Below are positions 30,690 through 43,509 of a DNA stretch of 64,000 bases, piece after piece (positions within the stretch are counted from its first letter, which is position 1; each line of letters starts with the position of its first letter). Origin of the DNA: Gammaproteobacteria bacterium (GTDB lineage Bacteria; Pseudomonadota; Gammaproteobacteria; UBA12402); the NCBI GenBank assembly GCA_050123375.1, contig JASFHF010000001.1, positions 34,475 through 98,474 on the forward strand, given 5' to 3'. Below the pieces are notes generated by a model. That model was not told where the DNA came from. It ran no database searches and saw nothing but the letters and a program-made list of their open reading frames with translations. Position numbers and translations under genes: made by a program.

Positions 30690-33600
30690 CTATTTTTTCT
30701 CTATATCTTCTTCAGTCTTTTCCAACTGCTGCTCTACTTCTTCTTCAATTGCTTGTTCAGTTGCCAAAGCTTCTGCAACCTCTTCGGCTGTCTCCTTCAT
30801 CCCTTCTGCAGTTGATGTTTCTGCTTCCTTGTCTTTAGCAGCTTGTTCGGCATTAAGAGCTTCTGAAAATGCCTGTTCGATTTCTTCAGCCGCAACTTCT
30901 TTAGCTTTTTCCGGAGTAAATTCTTCTTTTTGTTTTTCTTCCTTACGCGCCTTATGATATTCAAAACCAGTACCTGCAGGAATCAACCGACCCACCATAA
31001 CATTTTCTTTCAATCCACGGAAATAATCCTTCTTTCCTTTAACTGCTGCATCCGTTAATACTCTAGTTGTTTCCTGGAAAGAAGCCGCTGAAATAAATGA
31101 TTCAGTTAATAATGATGCCTTAGTAATACCTAACAAAACCGGTTCATATGTTGCTGGTTTTTTTCCTTCTGCAATTAATACATCATTTGCATTTAATAAC
31201 TTACTTTTCTCTACTTGTTCATCACGTAAAAAGCTTGTATCACCAGGATTAGTAATCGTAACTTTACGTAACATTTGTCGGATAATCACCTCTAAATGTT
31301 TATCATTGATTTGTACGCCTTGTAAACGATAAACTTCCTGTACTTCATTAATAATATGATTAGCTAAAGCACCCACTCCCAACAAACGCAAAATATCATG
31401 AGGATTTAATTCTCCTTCAGCAATCACTTCACCTTTTTCAACACTTTCTCCTTCAAATACATTCAAAACCCGCCATTTTGCAATTAATTCTTCATGAACT
31501 TCACCATCAGCAGCAGTAATTACCAAACGACGCTTACCTTTAGTTTCTTTACCAAAACTTACTACTCCGCTGAGCTCAGCTAAAATCGCAGGATCTTTTG
31601 GTTTACGCGCTTCAACTAAATCAGCAACTCTAGGCAAACCACCAGTAATATCACGAGTTTTCGAAGTTTCTTGCGGAATTTTTGCCAACGTATCACCAGC
31701 TTTAACCTCCATGCCTTCGCTGACACTTACTAATGCATGTACTGGTAAAAAATAATGCGCGGGCGTCGAAGTATTCGGCAAACATACCTCTTCACCTTTT
31801 TCATCAAGTAACTTGATCATTGGTTTTAAATCTTTGCGGGTGATACCTTTTTGTTTAGGATCAACAATCACAATATTAGTTAAACCAGTTACTTCATCCG
31901 TCTGACGATTCATAGTAACGTTTTCTACCATATCAACAAACTGAATCTTACCGCCAACTTCCGTAATAATTGGATGCGCATGCGGATCCCAGGTTGCAAC
32001 AATCTGACCAGCAGTTACCTGTCCTTCATTGCCGACCGTTAGAACTGAACCATAAGGAATTTTGTAACGTTCTTTTTCACGTCCTTGTTGATCGAATACA
32101 ACCAATTCACCAGAACGCGATGTTGAAATAAAACGATCATTTCCCTGTGCTACTACTTTCAAGTTATGCAATCTAACTGTACCATCAGATTTTACTTGCA
32201 CGTTATTTATAGCTGTAGCACGTGATGCCGCACCACCAATATGGAAAGTACGCATAGTCAACTGCGTTCCTGGCTCACCGATAGACTGCGCTGCAATAAC
32301 ACCAACAGCCTCACCGATATTAACTTTATGTCCGCGCGCTAAATCACGGCCATAACAAGTCGCACAAATACCATACCGTGTTGCACATGTAATTGGTGTA
32401 CGCACTTTAACTGAGTCAATGCGCAATAATTCAAGTTTATCAACTAATTCTTCATCCAATAATGTACCTGCAGGAATTGCGATTTCAGAAGAATCAGGAT
32501 CAAAAATATCCTCTGCAACTACGCGACCCAACACCCGCTCACGTAATGGTACAACTACATCACCACCTTCAACCAAAGGCGTCATTACCAACCCTTCCGT
32601 AGTACCACAATCAATTTCCGTGACCACTAAATCTTGCGCAACATCAACTAAACGTCTGGTTAAATACCCTGAATTTGCGGTTTTTAATGCAGTATCCGCC
32701 AAACCTTTACGCGCACCGTGAGTAGAAATAAAATACTGCAGCACATCTAAACCTTCACGGAAATTAGCTGTAATCGGCGTTTCAATAATTGAACCATCAG
32801 GAGTTGCCATTAAGCCTCGCATACCAGCCAATTGCCGTACTTGCGCTGCCGAACCACGAGCTCCTGAATCTGACATCATATGAATAGAATTAAACGATTC
32901 CTGCTCAACCATTTCGCCCTCAGCATTTTTCACTTGCTCTTTAGCCAAATGCTGCATCATCATTTTACCAACCTGGTCATTGGCATGTGACCAAATATCA
33001 ATAACCATGTTGTAGCGTTCACTCTGCGTTAACAAACCCGAAGCAAATTGCCGTTCAATTTCTTTAACTTCTTCTTCCGCTTTATGAATAATTTCCTCTT
33101 TTTCTTTTGGTACTAATAAATCATCAATACCAATCGAAATACCTGCTTTAGTAGCATAATAAAATCCTGTATACATTAAATGATCAGCAAAAATTGCTGT
33201 GGCTTTTAACCCAACTTTTCGATAACAAGTATTAACTAAAGATGAAATAGCTTTTTTATTCAATACTCGATCAATTAATTTAAACGGCATTCCTTCGGGT
33301 AAAATTTCTTTTAATAATGCGCGTCCTACAGTAGTTTCAACAACTTTTTCTTTTGAAACTTTATTCTGATCCTCATCAAAATTAGTATCAATAATACGCA
33401 CCTTAATTTTTGCTTGTAAATCTACATGACCACAATTGTACGCACGATGTACTTCCGCAGTATTTGCAAAAACCAATCCTTCTCCTTTAGCATTCACTCG
33501 ATCCCGCGTCATGTAATATAAACCCAATACCACATCCTGAGTCGGCACTATAATCGGATCACCATTAGCTGGTGATAAAATATTATTGGTTGACATCATT

Positions 33601-35039
33601 AAAGCTCGCGATTCCAATTGAGCTTCCAAAGTTAACGGTACATGCACTGCCATTTGGTCACCGTCAAAGTCAGCGTTGTATGCCGTACAAACTAACGGAT
33701 GCAGCCGAATTGCTTTACCTTCTACTAATAAAGGTTCAAAAGCCTGAATACCTAGTCGATGCAAAGTTGGCGCACGATTCAACAACACCGGATGTTCACG
33801 AATAACTTCTTCAAGTATTCCCCATACTTCCGCAGTTTCGCGTTCAATCATCTTTTTCGCTGCCTTGATAGTTGAAGCAAGACCACGAAATTGCAATTTA
33901 CTCAAAATAAACGGCATAAATAATTCCAACGCCATTTTTTTCGGTAAACCACATTGATGTAATTTTAAAGTTGGTCCTACCACAATTACCGAACGACCGG
34001 AATAATCAACCCGCTTACCCAGCAAATTTTGCCGAAAACGCCCTTGTTTACCTTTAATCATATCCGACAATGACTTTAAAGGTCGCCGGTTAGAACCGGT
34101 TACTACTCTGCCACGACGTCCATTATCCAATAAAGCATCAACGGCTTCCTGCAACATACGTTTTTCATTACGCACAATAATGTCAGGAGCATGCAAATCT
34201 AACAAACGTTTTAAGCGATTATTACGATTGATTACACGACGGTATAAATCATTAAGATCTGAAGTTGCGAAACGCACTCCTTCAAGCGGTACCAAAGGCC
34301 GCAAATCCGGCGGCAACACGGGTAACACAGTCATAATCATCCATTCAGGTTTATTCCCAGAATTCACAAAAGCTTCAATTAGTTTTAAACGCTTAGTTAA
34401 TTTTTTGAGCTTGGTTTCTGACTTGGTTTTTTCCATAGCTGCTCTAACTGTTAAAGCTTCCTCTTCAAGGTCAATGCCCTTTAACAATTGCTGCACCGCT
34501 TCTGCGCCCATACGCGCCTCAAATTCATCACCATATTCTTCAATCGCATCAAGAAATTCTTCATCTGATAATAACTGCCCGCGTTTAAGTCCAGTCATTC
34601 CTGGATCAACCACGACAAATGATTCATAATATAAAATACGTTCAATATCGCGCAAAGTTATATCCAACAACAAACCAATTCGTGAAGGCAAAGATTTAAG
34701 AAACCATATGTGTGCAATTGGACAAGCTAATTCAATATGTCCCATACGCTCACGGCGTACTTTCGATAAAGTGACTTCAACTCCGCATTTTTCACAAACT
34801 ACACCGCGATGTTTTAACCTTTTATATTTTCCGCACAAACACTCATAATCTTTTACCGGACCAAAAATTTTAGCGCAAAACAATCCATCACGTTCTGGAC
34901 GATGAGTACGATAATTAATTGTCTCCGCCTTTTTTACTTCGCCATATGACCATGAACGAATCATATTAGGCGCAGCAATACGAATACAAATATCATTAAT
35001 ATCTTTATACTGTTCTGGATTTTTTAAAATGTGTAACAT
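30690..35039 (-). CDS. rpoC: DNA-directed RNA polymerase subunit beta' with an ~85-aa acidic (E/A/K-rich) C-terminal extension
   Basis: The N-terminus and the 'NADFDGDQM' catalytic motif match RpoC. Confidence 0.95.
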   Translation of the reverse strand: MLHILKNPEQYKDINDICIRIAAPNMIRSWSYGEVKKAETINYRTHRPERDGLFCAKIFGPVKDYECLCGKYKRLKHRGVVCEKCGVEVTLSKVRRERMGHIELACPIAHIWFLKSLPSRIGLLLDITLRDIERILYYESFVVVDPGMTGLKRGQLLSDEEFLDAIEEYGDEFEARMGAEAVQQLLKGIDLEEEALTVRAAMEKTKSETKLKKLTKRLKLIEAFVNSGNKPEWMIMTVLPVLPPDLRPLVPLEGVRFATSDLNDLYRRVINRNNRLKRLLDLHAPDIIVRNEKRMLQEAVDALLDNGRRGRVVTGSNRRPLKSLSDMIKGKQGRFRQNLLGKRVDYSGRSVIVVGPTLKLHQCGLPKKMALELFMPFILSKLQFRGLASTIKAAKKMIERETAEVWGILEEVIREHPVLLNRAPTLHRLGIQAFEPLLVEGKAIRLHPLVCTAYNADFDGDQMAVHVPLTLEAQLESRALMMSTNNILSPANGDPIIVPTQDVVLGLYYMTRDRVNAKGEGLVFANTAEVHRAYNCGHVDLQAKIKVRIIDTNFDEDQNKVSKEKVVETTVGRALLKEILPEGMPFKLIDRVLNKKAISSLVNTCYRKVGLKATAIFADHLMYTGFYYATKAGISIGIDDLLVPKEKEEIIHKAEEEVKEIERQFASGLLTQSERYNMVIDIWSHANDQVGKMMMQHLAKEQVKNAEGEMVEQESFNSIHMMSDSGARGSAAQVRQLAGMRGLMATPDGSIIETPITANFREGLDVLQYFISTHGARKGLADTALKTANSGYLTRRLVDVAQDLVVTEIDCGTTEGLVMTPLVEGGDVVVPLRERVLGRVVAEDIFDPDSSEIAIPAGTLLDEELVDKLELLRIDSVKVRTPITCATRYGICATCYGRDLARGHKVNIGEAVGVIAAQSIGEPGTQLTMRTFHIGGAASRATAINNVQVKSDGTVRLHNLKVVAQGNDRFISTSRSGELVVFDQQGREKERYKIPYGSVLTVGNEGQVTAGQIVATWDPHAHPIITEVGGKIQFVDMVENVTMNRQTDEVTGLTNIVIVDPKQKGITRKDLKPMIKLLDEKGEEVCLPNTSTPAHYFLPVHALVSVSEGMEVKAGDTLAKIPQETSKTRDITGGLPRVADLVEARKPKDPAILAELSGVVSFGKETKGKRRLVITAADGEVHEELIAKWRVLNVFEGESVEKGEVIAEGELNPHDILRLLGVGALANHIINEVQEVYRLQGVQINDKHLEVIIRQMLRKVTITNPGDTSFLRDEQVEKSKLLNANDVLIAEGKKPATYEPVLLGITKASLLTESFISAASFQETTRVLTDAAVKGKKDYFRGLKENVMVGRLIPAGTGFEYHKARKEEKQKEEFTPEKAKEVAAEEIEQAFSEALNAEQAAKDKEAETSTAEGMKETAEEVAEALATEQAIEEEVEQQLEKTEEDIEKK

Positions 35040-35066
35040 ATTTTACCCTTTATTATATAATCTTGT

Positions 35067-35134
35067 CGGGACGCGAGCTTTACATAATTACAAGGCCATG
35101 TTTGTTGCTTTGTAATCATGTAAAGCTCCGTCCC
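35067..35134 (+). repeat. PE-1 palindromic element, copy 4 (plus a 14-bp half fragment at 35171-35184)
   Basis: 'gtcgggacgcgagctttacataattacaaggcc...tgtaatcatgtaaagctccgtccc'. Confidence 0.85.
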
Positions 35135-35205
35135 ATTGAGATGCTAATTAAAGCCTCATAAACCATATATAGCTCACGTCCCGCCTAGCTCAATTCTTTG
35201 TTAAA

Positions 35206-38200
35206 TCAATCTCTCTCTATTTCGATATCAAGCCCAAGTGACCGAATCTCTTTAATTAAAACATTAAATGATTCCGGCATACCAGGACTCATACTATGAT
35301 CGCCATCAACGATATTTTTATATATTCTGGTTCTTCCTTTTATATCATCAGACTTAACTGTCAGCATTTCTTGCAAAGTATATGCTGCACCATATGCTTC
35401 CAATGCCCATACTTCCATTTCACCAAATCGTTGACCACCAAACTGTGCTTTACCACCTAACGGCTGTTGAGTTACCAAACTATATGATCCTGTGGAACGG
35501 GCATGCATTTTATCGTCAACCAAATGGTTTAATTTCAGCATATACATGTATCCCACTGTAACTGGTGTATCAAATGCTTCACCGGTACGTCCATCATATA
35601 AAACAGTTTGTCCGCTAAGCGGCAATTCGGATAATTCCAGCATCGCTTTAATTTGCTCTTCAGATGCACCATCAAATACTGGAGTTGCCATCGGCACACC
35701 GCCGCGCAAATTATTTGCCAACTCAAACACTTGCTCTTCAGAAAGATCTTTTAACGGAACCTTACTATTTGAGTTTTTATTATAAATTGTATTTAATAAT
35801 TCACGTACTTTTTTATCAGGCGCTTGTTCTTTTAGCATCACATCAATTTTTGCGCCCAATCCTTTGGCAGCTAAACCCAAATGTGTTTCTAAAACTTGCC
35901 CAATATTCATTCGCGATGGAACACCCAAAGGATTTAAAACCACATCAACTGGAGTACCATCATCTAAATAAGGCATATCTTCAACTGGAACAACGATCGA
36001 AATAACTCCTTTGTTACCATGTCGACCAGCCATCTTATCACCTGGCTGCAAGCGTCTTTTTACTGCCAAATAAACTTTAACAATTTTCAATACTCCCGGA
36101 GCTAAATCATCTCCTTGAACAATTTTCTTATTTTGCTCGGTAAATTTAGCGTCATACTCCTTTCTTAACTGCTGCAACTGTTCAGAGGCAATATCTAACT
36201 GCTGTTGTGCTTTAGAATCACGCAATTTGATATCAAACCACCTTTGCGGTGGAATACTATCTAAATAATCTTGAGTTATTTTAGCTCCAGATTTCAATTT
36301 GTTTGGACCGCCGCTTGCTGTTTTATGCAGCAATAATTTTTCAATTCGATGAAAAATATCACTTTCGCAAATTTTAAATTCATCATTAAGATCTTTTTTA
36401 ACTCGCTCTAACTTATCTTCCTCGATCTGTAAAGCACGAGAATCTTTTTCTACACCATCACGGGTAAACACTTGCACATCAATTACCGTTCCCGTCATGC
36501 CCGTAGGAACACGCAATGATGTCTCTTTAACGTCAGATGCTTTTTCACCAAAAATTGCACGCAATAATTTTTCTTCCGGTGTTAGCTGCGTTTCTCCTTT
36601 TGGAGTAACTTTTCCAACTAAAATATCACCTGCAGAAACTTCAGCGCCTAAATACACAATTCCTGACTCATCAAGCTTAGCCAATACATGCTCACCAACA
36701 TTAGGAATATCTGCAGTAATTTCTTCAGATCCCAATTTAGTATCACGAGCTATACAAGTTAGTTCTTCGATATGAATCGAGGTATAACGATCCTCCTGCA
36801 CAACTCTTTCGGAAATTAAAATAGAATCTTCAAAGTTATAACCATGCCAGGACATAAACGCAACCAACATATTTTGCCCTAAAGCTAATTCACCTAAATC
36901 AGTCGCATGTCCATCAGCAATCACATCACCTTTAGCAATCACTTCACCTTCTTTTACTAACGGTTTTTGAGTAACACAAGTATTTTGATTGGAACGCGTA
37001 TACTTAATTAAATTATAAATATCCACTCCAGACTCATCGGCAGAAGTTTCATCATCATTTACACGAATAACAATACGGCTAGCATCAACCGAATTAACTA
37101 TTCCGCCTCGAGCAGCAACCACCGTTACACCCGAATCTTTTGCTACCGATCGTTCCATACCTGTACCAACTAACGGCTTTTCTGAGCAAATTAATGGAAC
37201 TGCCTGGCGCTGCATATTCGAACCCATTAATGCACGGTTAGCATCATCGTGCTCCAAAAATGGAATTAATGATGCTGCAACTGATACCATTTGTTTAGGC
37301 GAAACATCCATATACTCCACTTTATCCGTGGTTGTATAAGTTGATTCATTTTTATAACGTCCCTGTACAAATTCATCTATCAACATGCCTTTACTATCAA
37401 GTGATACTTTTGCTTGCGCAATTACATATCCGCCTTCTTCAATTGCAGATAAATAACGCACTTTATTAGTAACTTTGCCGTCAATTACTTGACGATATGG
37501 CGATTCTAAAAATCCGTATTCATTACAACGCGCATACACAGCTAATGAATTGATCAATCCAATATTTGGACCTTCCGGTGTTTCAATTGGACAAAGTCTG
37601 CCGTAATGGGTAGCATGCACGTCCCGCACTTCAAAACCAGCATGTTCACGACTTAACCCTCCTGGACCTAATGCTGAAACACGACGTTTATGGGTAATCT
37701 CTGATAGCGGATTATTTTGATCCATAAATTGTGATAATTGACTCAAACCAAAGAATTCACGGATCGCAGAAACAATCGGCTTAGCATTCAACAAATCCTG
37801 CGGCATTAAATTTTCCGCTTCCGCCACATTGAGACGTTCTTTGACCGCTCTTTCCACACGCACCAACCCAACACGAAAATGATTTTCCGTCATTTCACCA
37901 ACACTGCGTACTCTACGATTACCAAGATGGTCAATATCATCAACACTTTCTTTACCATCACGAATCGCTATTAAAACCTGCATTGCATCAATAATATCAT
38001 TTTTATCTAAAATACCTTCTCCAATTATTTCCTCTCTGCCAACCCGACGATTAAATTTCATTCGGCCAACTACTGACAAATCATAACGATCTGACGAAAA
38101 AAACAAATTTTTAAATAAATTTTCCGCAGCTTCTTTAGTTGGAGGCTCACCCGGGCGCATCATACGATAAATCTCAACTAAAGCTTCTAATTCACTACTA

Positions 38201-39294
38201 GTAGGATCAATACGCAAAGTATCTGAAATATATGAACCATGGTCAAATTGATTAACATAAATTGTTTGAAACGACGTTATATTTGCCTCAATTAATTTTT
38301 GCACTAACTCTTCCGTAATTTCAGCATTTGCAGAAGCAATTACTTCACCTGTATCCTTATCAATAATATCCTTCGCTAAAGCTTTTCCATATAAAAACTC
38401 TACAGGAACTTCTAATTTATCAATTTTGGCTTTTTCCAATTCACGAATATGCCGAATGGTAATTCTACGATCTTTTTCAACTATAGTTTTGCTACCACGT
38501 TTAATATCAAAACTTGCGATTTGGCCTTTCAAACGTTCTGGAATAAAATCCATAATCCATTTATTTTTCTTATAATAAAAATCCTCCTGCTTGAAAAAAA
38601 TCTCTAATATTTTTTCAGTAGATAAACCCAGCGCGCGTAATAATATTGTTGCGGGTAATTTTCTACGCCGATCAATCCTCATAAATAAACAATCTTTGGG
38701 ATCAAATTCAAAATCTAACCAGGAACCTCTGTAAGGAATAACTCTAGCTGAATATAATAATTTTCCTGAGCTATGCGTCTTGCCTTTATCATGATCATAA
38801 AACACCCCTGGGGAACGATGCAATTGTGAAACAATCACGCGCTCAATACCATTAACGATAAAACTACCAGTTTCCGTCATCAACGGAAACTCACCCATAT
38901 ATACTTCTTGCTCTTTAATATCCTTAATTTGCGGATCTTTGCTGCGTGTCTCTTTATCGAAAATAATTAACCGAACCTTAATACGTAATGGAGCAGAATA
39001 GGTTAAACCCCGCATTTTACACTCACGCACATTAAAAACCGGCGTACCCAAATTATAATCTATATATTCTAATTTCGCACCCCCAGAAAAACTTTCGATT
39101 GGAAATACCGAACTAAGAGCACCATGCAAACCATGATCACCACGTTCATCAAAAGCTTTACCTTTCTGCAAAAAATGTTTATAAGAATTCAGTTGCATTT
39201 CAAGTAACGGCGGTGGAGCAATTACATCATGCAATTTACCGAATGTTTTACGAAAACGTTTTCTTCTTGTGTTAGTACAATTGGCTAGATTCAT
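35206..39294 (-). CDS. rpoB: DNA-directed RNA polymerase subunit beta
   Basis: It is 1362 aa and colinear with RpoB. Confidence 0.95.
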   Translation of the reverse strand: MNLANCTNTRRKRFRKTFGKLHDVIAPPPLLEMQLNSYKHFLQKGKAFDERGDHGLHGALSSVFPIESFSGGAKLEYIDYNLGTPVFNVRECKMRGLTYSAPLRIKVRLIIFDKETRSKDPQIKDIKEQEVYMGEFPLMTETGSFIVNGIERVIVSQLHRSPGVFYDHDKGKTHSSGKLLYSARVIPYRGSWLDFEFDPKDCLFMRIDRRRKLPATILLRALGLSTEKILEIFFKQEDFYYKKNKWIMDFIPERLKGQIASFDIKRGSKTIVEKDRRITIRHIRELEKAKIDKLEVPVEFLYGKALAKDIIDKDTGEVIASANAEITEELVQKLIEANITSFQTIYVNQFDHGSYISDTLRIDPTSSELEALVEIYRMMRPGEPPTKEAAENLFKNLFFSSDRYDLSVVGRMKFNRRVGREEIIGEGILDKNDIIDAMQVLIAIRDGKESVDDIDHLGNRRVRSVGEMTENHFRVGLVRVERAVKERLNVAEAENLMPQDLLNAKPIVSAIREFFGLSQLSQFMDQNNPLSEITHKRRVSALGPGGLSREHAGFEVRDVHATHYGRLCPIETPEGPNIGLINSLAVYARCNEYGFLESPYRQVIDGKVTNKVRYLSAIEEGGYVIAQAKVSLDSKGMLIDEFVQGRYKNESTYTTTDKVEYMDVSPKQMVSVAASLIPFLEHDDANRALMGSNMQRQAVPLICSEKPLVGTGMERSVAKDSGVTVVAARGGIVNSVDASRIVIRVNDDETSADESGVDIYNLIKYTRSNQNTCVTQKPLVKEGEVIAKGDVIADGHATDLGELALGQNMLVAFMSWHGYNFEDSILISERVVQEDRYTSIHIEELTCIARDTKLGSEEITADIPNVGEHVLAKLDESGIVYLGAEVSAGDILVGKVTPKGETQLTPEEKLLRAIFGEKASDVKETSLRVPTGMTGTVIDVQVFTRDGVEKDSRALQIEEDKLERVKKDLNDEFKICESDIFHRIEKLLLHKTASGGPNKLKSGAKITQDYLDSIPPQRWFDIKLRDSKAQQQLDIASEQLQQLRKEYDAKFTEQNKKIVQGDDLAPGVLKIVKVYLAVKRRLQPGDKMAGRHGNKGVISIVVPVEDMPYLDDGTPVDVVLNPLGVPSRMNIGQVLETHLGLAAKGLGAKIDVMLKEQAPDKKVRELLNTIYNKNSNSKVPLKDLSEEQVFELANNLRGGVPMATPVFDGASEEQIKAMLELSELPLSGQTVLYDGRTGEAFDTPVTVGYMYMLKLNHLVDDKMHARSTGSYSLVTQQPLGGKAQFGGQRFGEMEVWALEAYGAAYTLQEMLTVKSDDIKGRTRIYKNIVDGDHSMSPGMPESFNVLIKEIRSLGLDIEIERD

Positions 39295-39316
39295 TTATAA
39301 CCTCATATATAGCATT

Positions 39317-39385
39317 GCGGGACAGCGTCTTCACGCATTACAACTGCTTTGTTTGTTGCTTTGTAATGGGTGAAGACCTGTCCCC
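39317..39385 (+). repeat. PE-1 palindromic element, copy 5
   Basis: 'gcgggacagcgtcttcacgcattacaa...gctttgtaatgggtgaagacctgtcccc'. Confidence 0.8.
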
Positions 39386-39398
39386 AATTCTTTATTTA

Positions 39399-39773
39399 CT
39401 ATTTCACTTCAACTGTAGCGCCAGCTTCTTCAAGCTGTTTCTTGACATTTTCAGCTTCGTCTTTAGCAACATTTTCCTTAATGTTTGCCGGAGCGCTTTC
39501 AACTAAATCTTTAGCTTCTTTTAAACCAAGTCCAGTAATTCCGCGTACTACTTTAATTACTGCAACTTTGTTCGCACCAAAGCTTGACATTACTACGGTA
39601 AATTCGGTTTTTTCTTCTGCTGCTGCTTCACCACCTGCTGCGGGAGCCGCAACTGCAACTGCGGCAGCCGCCGAAACACCGAATTTTTCTTCCATAGCTG
39701 AAATTAATTCCACTATTTCCATAACTGGTTTTTCAGCTATTGCATTTAAAATTTCTTCATTTGATAGAGCCAT
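39399..39773 (-). CDS. rplL: 50S ribosomal protein L7/L12
   Basis: '[34 protein letters not shown]' with the Ala-rich hinge. The 15-aa N-terminal extension in the track ORF is encoded by a PE-1 copy. Confidence 0.9.
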   Translation of the reverse strand: MALSNEEILNAIAEKPVMEIVELISAMEEKFGVSAAAAVAVAAPAAGGEAAAEEKTEFTVVMSSFGANKVAVIKVVRGITGLGLKEAKDLVESAPANIKENVAKDEAENVKKQLEEAGATVEVK

Positions 39774-39824
39774 AATATTTTCTCCTCTTATATATAGTTT
39801 ATGGGACGAAATTAACATCTCAGG

Positions 39825-39927
39825 GGGACGGAGCTTTACATATTACAAAGCAACAAACAACGCCTTGTAATTATGTAAAGCTCACGTCCCGACGAGATTT
39901 ATTTTGTAATCATGTAAAGCTCCGTCC
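39825..39927 (-). repeat. PE-1 palindromic element, copy 6 (reverse orientation), full copy 39825-39890 plus an extra half-arm at 39904-39927
   Basis: 'gggggacggagctttacatattacaaagcaacaaacaa...gtaaagctcacgtccc'. Confidence 0.8.
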
Positions 39928-39940
39928 TCAATTCATTAAT

Positions 39941-40468
39941 TTATGCTGCTTGTTTTTTATCACGAACTGCAGCTAATGTACGAACTAATTTTGCGTGTGG
40001 TTCGTTTAATGTACGCACAAACTTAGTAATCGGCGCCTGCATTACCGCCATTAATGAAGCAATTGCTTCATCTCGCTTCGGTAATTTAGCAATCGCTTGC
40101 AATTCAGCAGCCGCAAGCATCTGACCTCCAATTGCTAATGCTTTAACTTCGAGTATTTCGTGATCTTTAACAAAATCACGCATTAATCTCGCAGCTGCAC
40201 TCGGCTCTTCACGCGAAAATGCGAAAATTAAAGGACCGGTTAGCGATTCATGCAAACAAGAAAATTCCGTATTCTCTAACGCACGCTTTGCCAATGTGTT
40301 ACGCACTACCCGTAAATAAACACCGTTATCCCGGGCTTTTACACGCAAGTCGTTTAGTTCAGCAACAGTCAAGCCACGATAATCAGCTATTACTGCAGAC
40401 AACGCGCTTTGCGCTACCTCAGCAACTTCAGCAACAATCGCTTTTTTCTGTTCTAAATTTAACGCCAC
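39941..40468 (-). CDS. rplJ: 50S ribosomal protein L10
   Basis: Conserved L10 sequence and operon position. Confidence 0.9.
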   Translation of the reverse strand: MALNLEQKKAIVAEVAEVAQSALSAVIADYRGLTVAELNDLRVKARDNGVYLRVVRNTLAKRALENTEFSCLHESLTGPLIFAFSREEPSAAARLMRDFVKDHEILEVKALAIGGQMLAAAELQAIAKLPKRDEAIASLMAVMQAPITKFVRTLNEPHAKLVRTLAAVRDKKQAA

Positions 40469-40469
40469 A

Positions 40470-40660
40470 TTTAACTCCTTAAAAAGTTAATAATTTGGTG
40501 GCCGACTCACTATGTCGGTTCACCGCCTACGTAGGACGGAAATTTACATTTCCAATTAAGTATTGTTAACACTCCCACGGTCTTCGACGGTTCGAGACTA
40601 AAAAAACAGTCTCAACCGCGAATTCTTTTATATCCATCTATTTCATATGCATTCACCAAA
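40470..40660 (-). promoter_or_regulatory. probable L10 (rplJ) leader/autoregulatory region
   Basis: This is the structured GC-richer untranslated region between rplA and rplJ. The transcript contains the hairpin 'gagactgtttttttagtctc' and further stems. The assignment rests on position only. Confidence 0.3.
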
Positions 40661-40670
40661 AACTAATATT

Positions 40671-40792
40671 TAGTTTCTGTGGTAACTACCGCGCATGCTA
40701 TATCCATGTTCTTTTCTAGTTATTTGCATGCTTGCTTACTCATGATTTTACAGAACAAACAAGCTGTAAAATCATGAGTTCCAAATTTTTCC
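40671..40792 (+). repeat. ~120-bp intergenic repeat E, copy 2
   Basis: 'tagtttctgtggtaactaccgcgcatgctata...ctcatgattttacagaacaaacaagctgtaaaatcatgagttcc' is about 80% identical to copy 1. Confidence 0.8.
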
Positions 40793-40858
40793 AACATCCG
40801 TGTTATATCAATCATTGTGCAAAACTCGTTATTATCTCCATTTTTTGAGATGTTACTT

Positions 40859-41554
40859 TTATACCTCTAAACTGCTTAAATCAACTGAAATTCCAGGACC
40901 CATAGTAGTTGATACAGTAATTTTCTTTAAATAAATACCTTTAGATGAGCTTGGTTTAGCTTTATTCAACGCAACAACCAAAGCTTGTAAATTTTCTTTT
41001 AAATTCTGCTCGGTAAATTTTACCGTTCCAATACGGCAATGGACTATGCCTCCTTTATCGGATCGAAACCGTACTTGCCCCGTTTTAGCATTTTTAACCG
41101 CTGTTGCAATATCGGTAGTTACCGTTCCATCTTTTGGATTTGGCATCAAGCCTTTCGGACCCAAAATTGGCCCTAATTTACCAATTGCTGACATCGCATC
41201 CGGAGTCGCAATTAAAACATCAAAATCAGTTTTACCTTCTTTAATTGCAGTTGCCAAATCATCAAAACCGACTATATCAGCACCAGCTTTTTTTGCTGCA
41301 TCTGCATTAGCCGCTTGAGTAAACACCGCAACTTTAACTTCACGACCAGTACCATGAGGTAACATAATTGCACCACGAACAGCTTGATCAGATTTTTTAG
41401 TATCAATACCCAAGTTCACACTTACATCTACACTTTCAATAAATTTTACACTAGATAGTTTTTTTAATGTTTCAAAAGCCTCTTTTGCATTTACATAAAC
41501 CCCAGGATTAACTGCTTCACGTATTTTTTGCATTCTTTTAGTTAATTTAACCAT
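40859..41554 (-). CDS. rplA: 50S ribosomal protein L1
   Basis: Conserved L1 sequence. Confidence 0.9.
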   Translation of the reverse strand: MVKLTKRMQKIREAVNPGVYVNAKEAFETLKKLSSVKFIESVDVSVNLGIDTKKSDQAVRGAIMLPHGTGREVKVAVFTQAANADAAKKAGADIVGFDDLATAIKEGKTDFDVLIATPDAMSAIGKLGPILGPKGLMPNPKDGTVTTDIATAVKNAKTGQVRFRSDKGGIVHCRIGTVKFTEQNLKENLQALVVALNKAKPSSSKGIYLKKITVSTTMGPGISVDLSSLEV

Positions 41555-42000
41555 TACTCTACCCCCTCAACATCAACACCCATACTGCGTGCAGTTCCCG
41601 CAATAGAACGAATTGCAGCTTTAACATCAGCAGCAGTCAAATCAGGTAATTTAACTCTAGCAATTTCTTCTATCTGAGCATAAGTTAATTTACCAATTTT
41701 ATCTTTATTAGGAACTGAACTACCTTTGTTAGCTTTAATCGCTTTAAGAATTAAAGCTGATGCAGGCGGAGTTCTGGTTTCAAATTCAAAACTACGATCT
41801 TCAAAAACTGTAATATTGACCGGAACTTTAAGACTTTTATCCATGTCTTGGGTCTTAGCGTTAAAAGCTTTACAAAACTCCATAATATTAACGCCTTTTT
41901 GACCTAATGCTGGACCGACTGGCGGACTAGGATTTGCACCTCCTGGTGCAATTAATAATTTAATATAACCACTTATTTTTTTAGCTTTTTTTATTGCCAT
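41554..42000 (-). CDS. rplK: 50S ribosomal protein L11
   Basis: '[27 protein letters not shown]'. Confidence 0.9.
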   Translation of the reverse strand: MAIKKAKKISGYIKLLIAPGGANPSPPVGPALGQKGVNIMEFCKAFNAKTQDMDKSLKVPVNITVFEDRSFEFETRTPPASALILKAIKANKGSSVPNKDKIGKLTYAQIEEIARVKLPDLTAADVKAAIRSIAGTARSMGVDVEGVE

Positions 42001-42126
42001 TTTTTTTACCTCTTGTGGGTCAATAACGATTAATTATAAAAATTAACCTCCCCTATTAACATTAAAAAGCAAATCTTGTCGGGACGATTTTTTGTTAATT
42101 ACATAGCAATAAATTGGTTTCTTTGA

Positions 42127-42194
42127 GGGACGGAGCTTTACATGATTACAAAGCAACAAACAAAGCCTTGTAATTATGTAAAGCTCACGTCCCG
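42127..42194 (-). repeat. PE-1 palindromic element, copy 7 (reverse orientation), with fragment 'tcttgtcgggacg' at 42074-42086
   Basis: 'gggacggagctttacatgattacaaagcaacaaacaaagcc...gtaaagctcacgtcccgc'. Confidence 0.8.
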
Positions 42195-42240
42195 CCTACT
42201 TACTACGCTTGTAATTAGTAAAAACCTATCCCCTTTTCAA

Positions 42241-42822
42241 TTAGCCCTTCTCAACCTGACTAAATTCTAATTCCACTGGGGTTGAACGACCAAAAATTAA
42301 TACTGCTACGCGCAATCTATTTTTCTCATAATTAACTTCTTCAACTACACCATTAAAGTCAGCAAACGGACCATCAATAACTCTAATCACTTCACCAACT
42401 TCATAAACAATTTTTGGCTTAGGTTTATCAACTCCAGCCTGAACCCGATCTAAAATTTCATCAACTTCTTTATCACTAATTGGAGCAGGATGATCACTAG
42501 TTCCTCCAATAAAACCCATAACTTTTGGTACAGATTTAACTAAATGCCAAGTCTCATCATTCATCACCATTTGCACCAAAACATAGCCTGGAAAATATTT
42601 ACGTTCACTAGTACGCTTTTGACCACGACGCATCTCTACAACTTGTTCCTTAGGAATTAAAATTTCACCAAAATGTTCTTGCATACCTAAATCAGCAATC
42701 CGCTTAACCAAAGCTTCTTTTACATAAGCTTCAAAACCAGAATATGCATGTACTACATACCACCGCAATTTATTTGGCTCTTTTTTTTCTGGCGCATTTT
42801 GTTGTGCAGAATCTTCTACCAC
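42241..42822 (-). CDS. nusG: transcription termination/antitermination factor NusG
   Basis: It has NGN and KOW domains; '[11 protein letters not shown]'. Confidence 0.9.
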   Translation of the reverse strand: MVEDSAQQNAPEKKEPNKLRWYVVHAYSGFEAYVKEALVKRIADLGMQEHFGEILIPKEQVVEMRRGQKRTSERKYFPGYVLVQMVMNDETWHLVKSVPKVMGFIGGTSDHPAPISDKEVDEILDRVQAGVDKPKPKIVYEVGEVIRVIDGPFADFNGVVEEVNYEKNRLRVAVLIFGRSTPVELEFSQVEKG

Positions 42823-42835
42823 TTATTAATCCCCC

Positions 42836-43213
42836 TTAACCTGTTAACCAATTAACAGCATGCAGTAAAATTGTATCAAATACCCACATAATAACGGCAA
42901 AAACAATCACAATTGCAATAACCATAAATGTTACTTTTATAGTCTGTTGTCTAGTAGGCCACACAACCTTACGCATTTCATTGCGTGCTTCACGCACAAA
43001 CTTCCAAAATTTCCGCCCCAAAGCAGTTTGTAACGCAATAAAGGCTGCAACACATACTAAAACTAACCAACCTACAACAATAATCGGCCAAGGAATTTGC
43101 GCACTATTATCAAGATAATAATGCGCAACAAAACCACCAATAATTAACACAGCAATTAAAACAAATTTAACTACATCAAATTTACTCGTCGTTTTTTCTT
43201 GTTTACTTCCCAT
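42836..43213 (-). CDS. secE: preprotein translocase subunit SecE
   Basis: It is a 3-TM SecE located upstream of nusG. Confidence 0.85.
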   Translation of the reverse strand: MGSKQEKTTSKFDVVKFVLIAVLIIGGFVAHYYLDNSAQIPWPIIVVGWLVLVCVAAFIALQTALGRKFWKFVREARNEMRKVVWPTRQQTIKVTFMVIAIVIVFAVIMWVFDTILLHAVNWLTG

Positions 43214-43302
43214 TTACCATTAAACTCCTCAACTCATTCAAACCCCAAAATTCACTTAACTGTTTCTGTCCTCTGTCTTCTGTTTTCTGTCTTCTGAAAC
43301 AC

Positions 43303-43374
43303 AGGCCAGGAGGGAATCGAACCCCCAACCTACGGTTTTGGAGACCGTCGCTCTGCCAATTGAGCTACTGGCCT
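43303..43374 (-). tRNA. tRNA-Trp (anticodon CCA)
   Basis: A cloverleaf was derived by hand from the reverse complement, with acceptor aggccag/ctggcct, anticodon loop ctCCAaa and T-loop ggttcgattcc. It sits in the classical tuf-tRNATrp-secE position. Confidence 0.85.
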
Positions 43375-43391
43375 TTAAAAACTAAAATACC

Positions 43392-43478
43392 GTCATCCCG
43401 CGACCCAGTCAGTTGATCGCGGGATCCAGCACTAAATTTCCAAACAGCCTGGATCCCGCGGTCAAGCCGCGGGATGAC
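43392..43478 (+). repeat. PE-3 GC-rich double-hairpin element, copy 2 (3' flank of tuf)
   Basis: 'gtcatcccgcgacccagtcagttgatcgcgggatcc...ctggatcccgcggtcaagccgcgggatgac'. Confidence 0.85.
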
Positions 43479-43509
43479 TATTATTGCGTTTAAATATGCA
43501 CCTTATAAA

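Noticed and set aside
32419-36775. Multiple 60-150 aa ORFs on the plus strand inside rpoC and rpoB (e.g. 32419-32721, 34180-34629, 35664-36005, 36497-36775)
   Set aside because: They are antisense to universally conserved RNAP genes. Their Ser/Thr/Pro-rich translations are typical of antisense artefacts.
39370-39870. ORF 39370-39870 (+, 166 aa) and the N-terminal extension of the rplL track ORF
   Set aside because: The first is antisense to rplL, with low-complexity Ala/Ser translation. The rplL extension is encoded by a PE-1 palindrome. The true start is MALSNEE.
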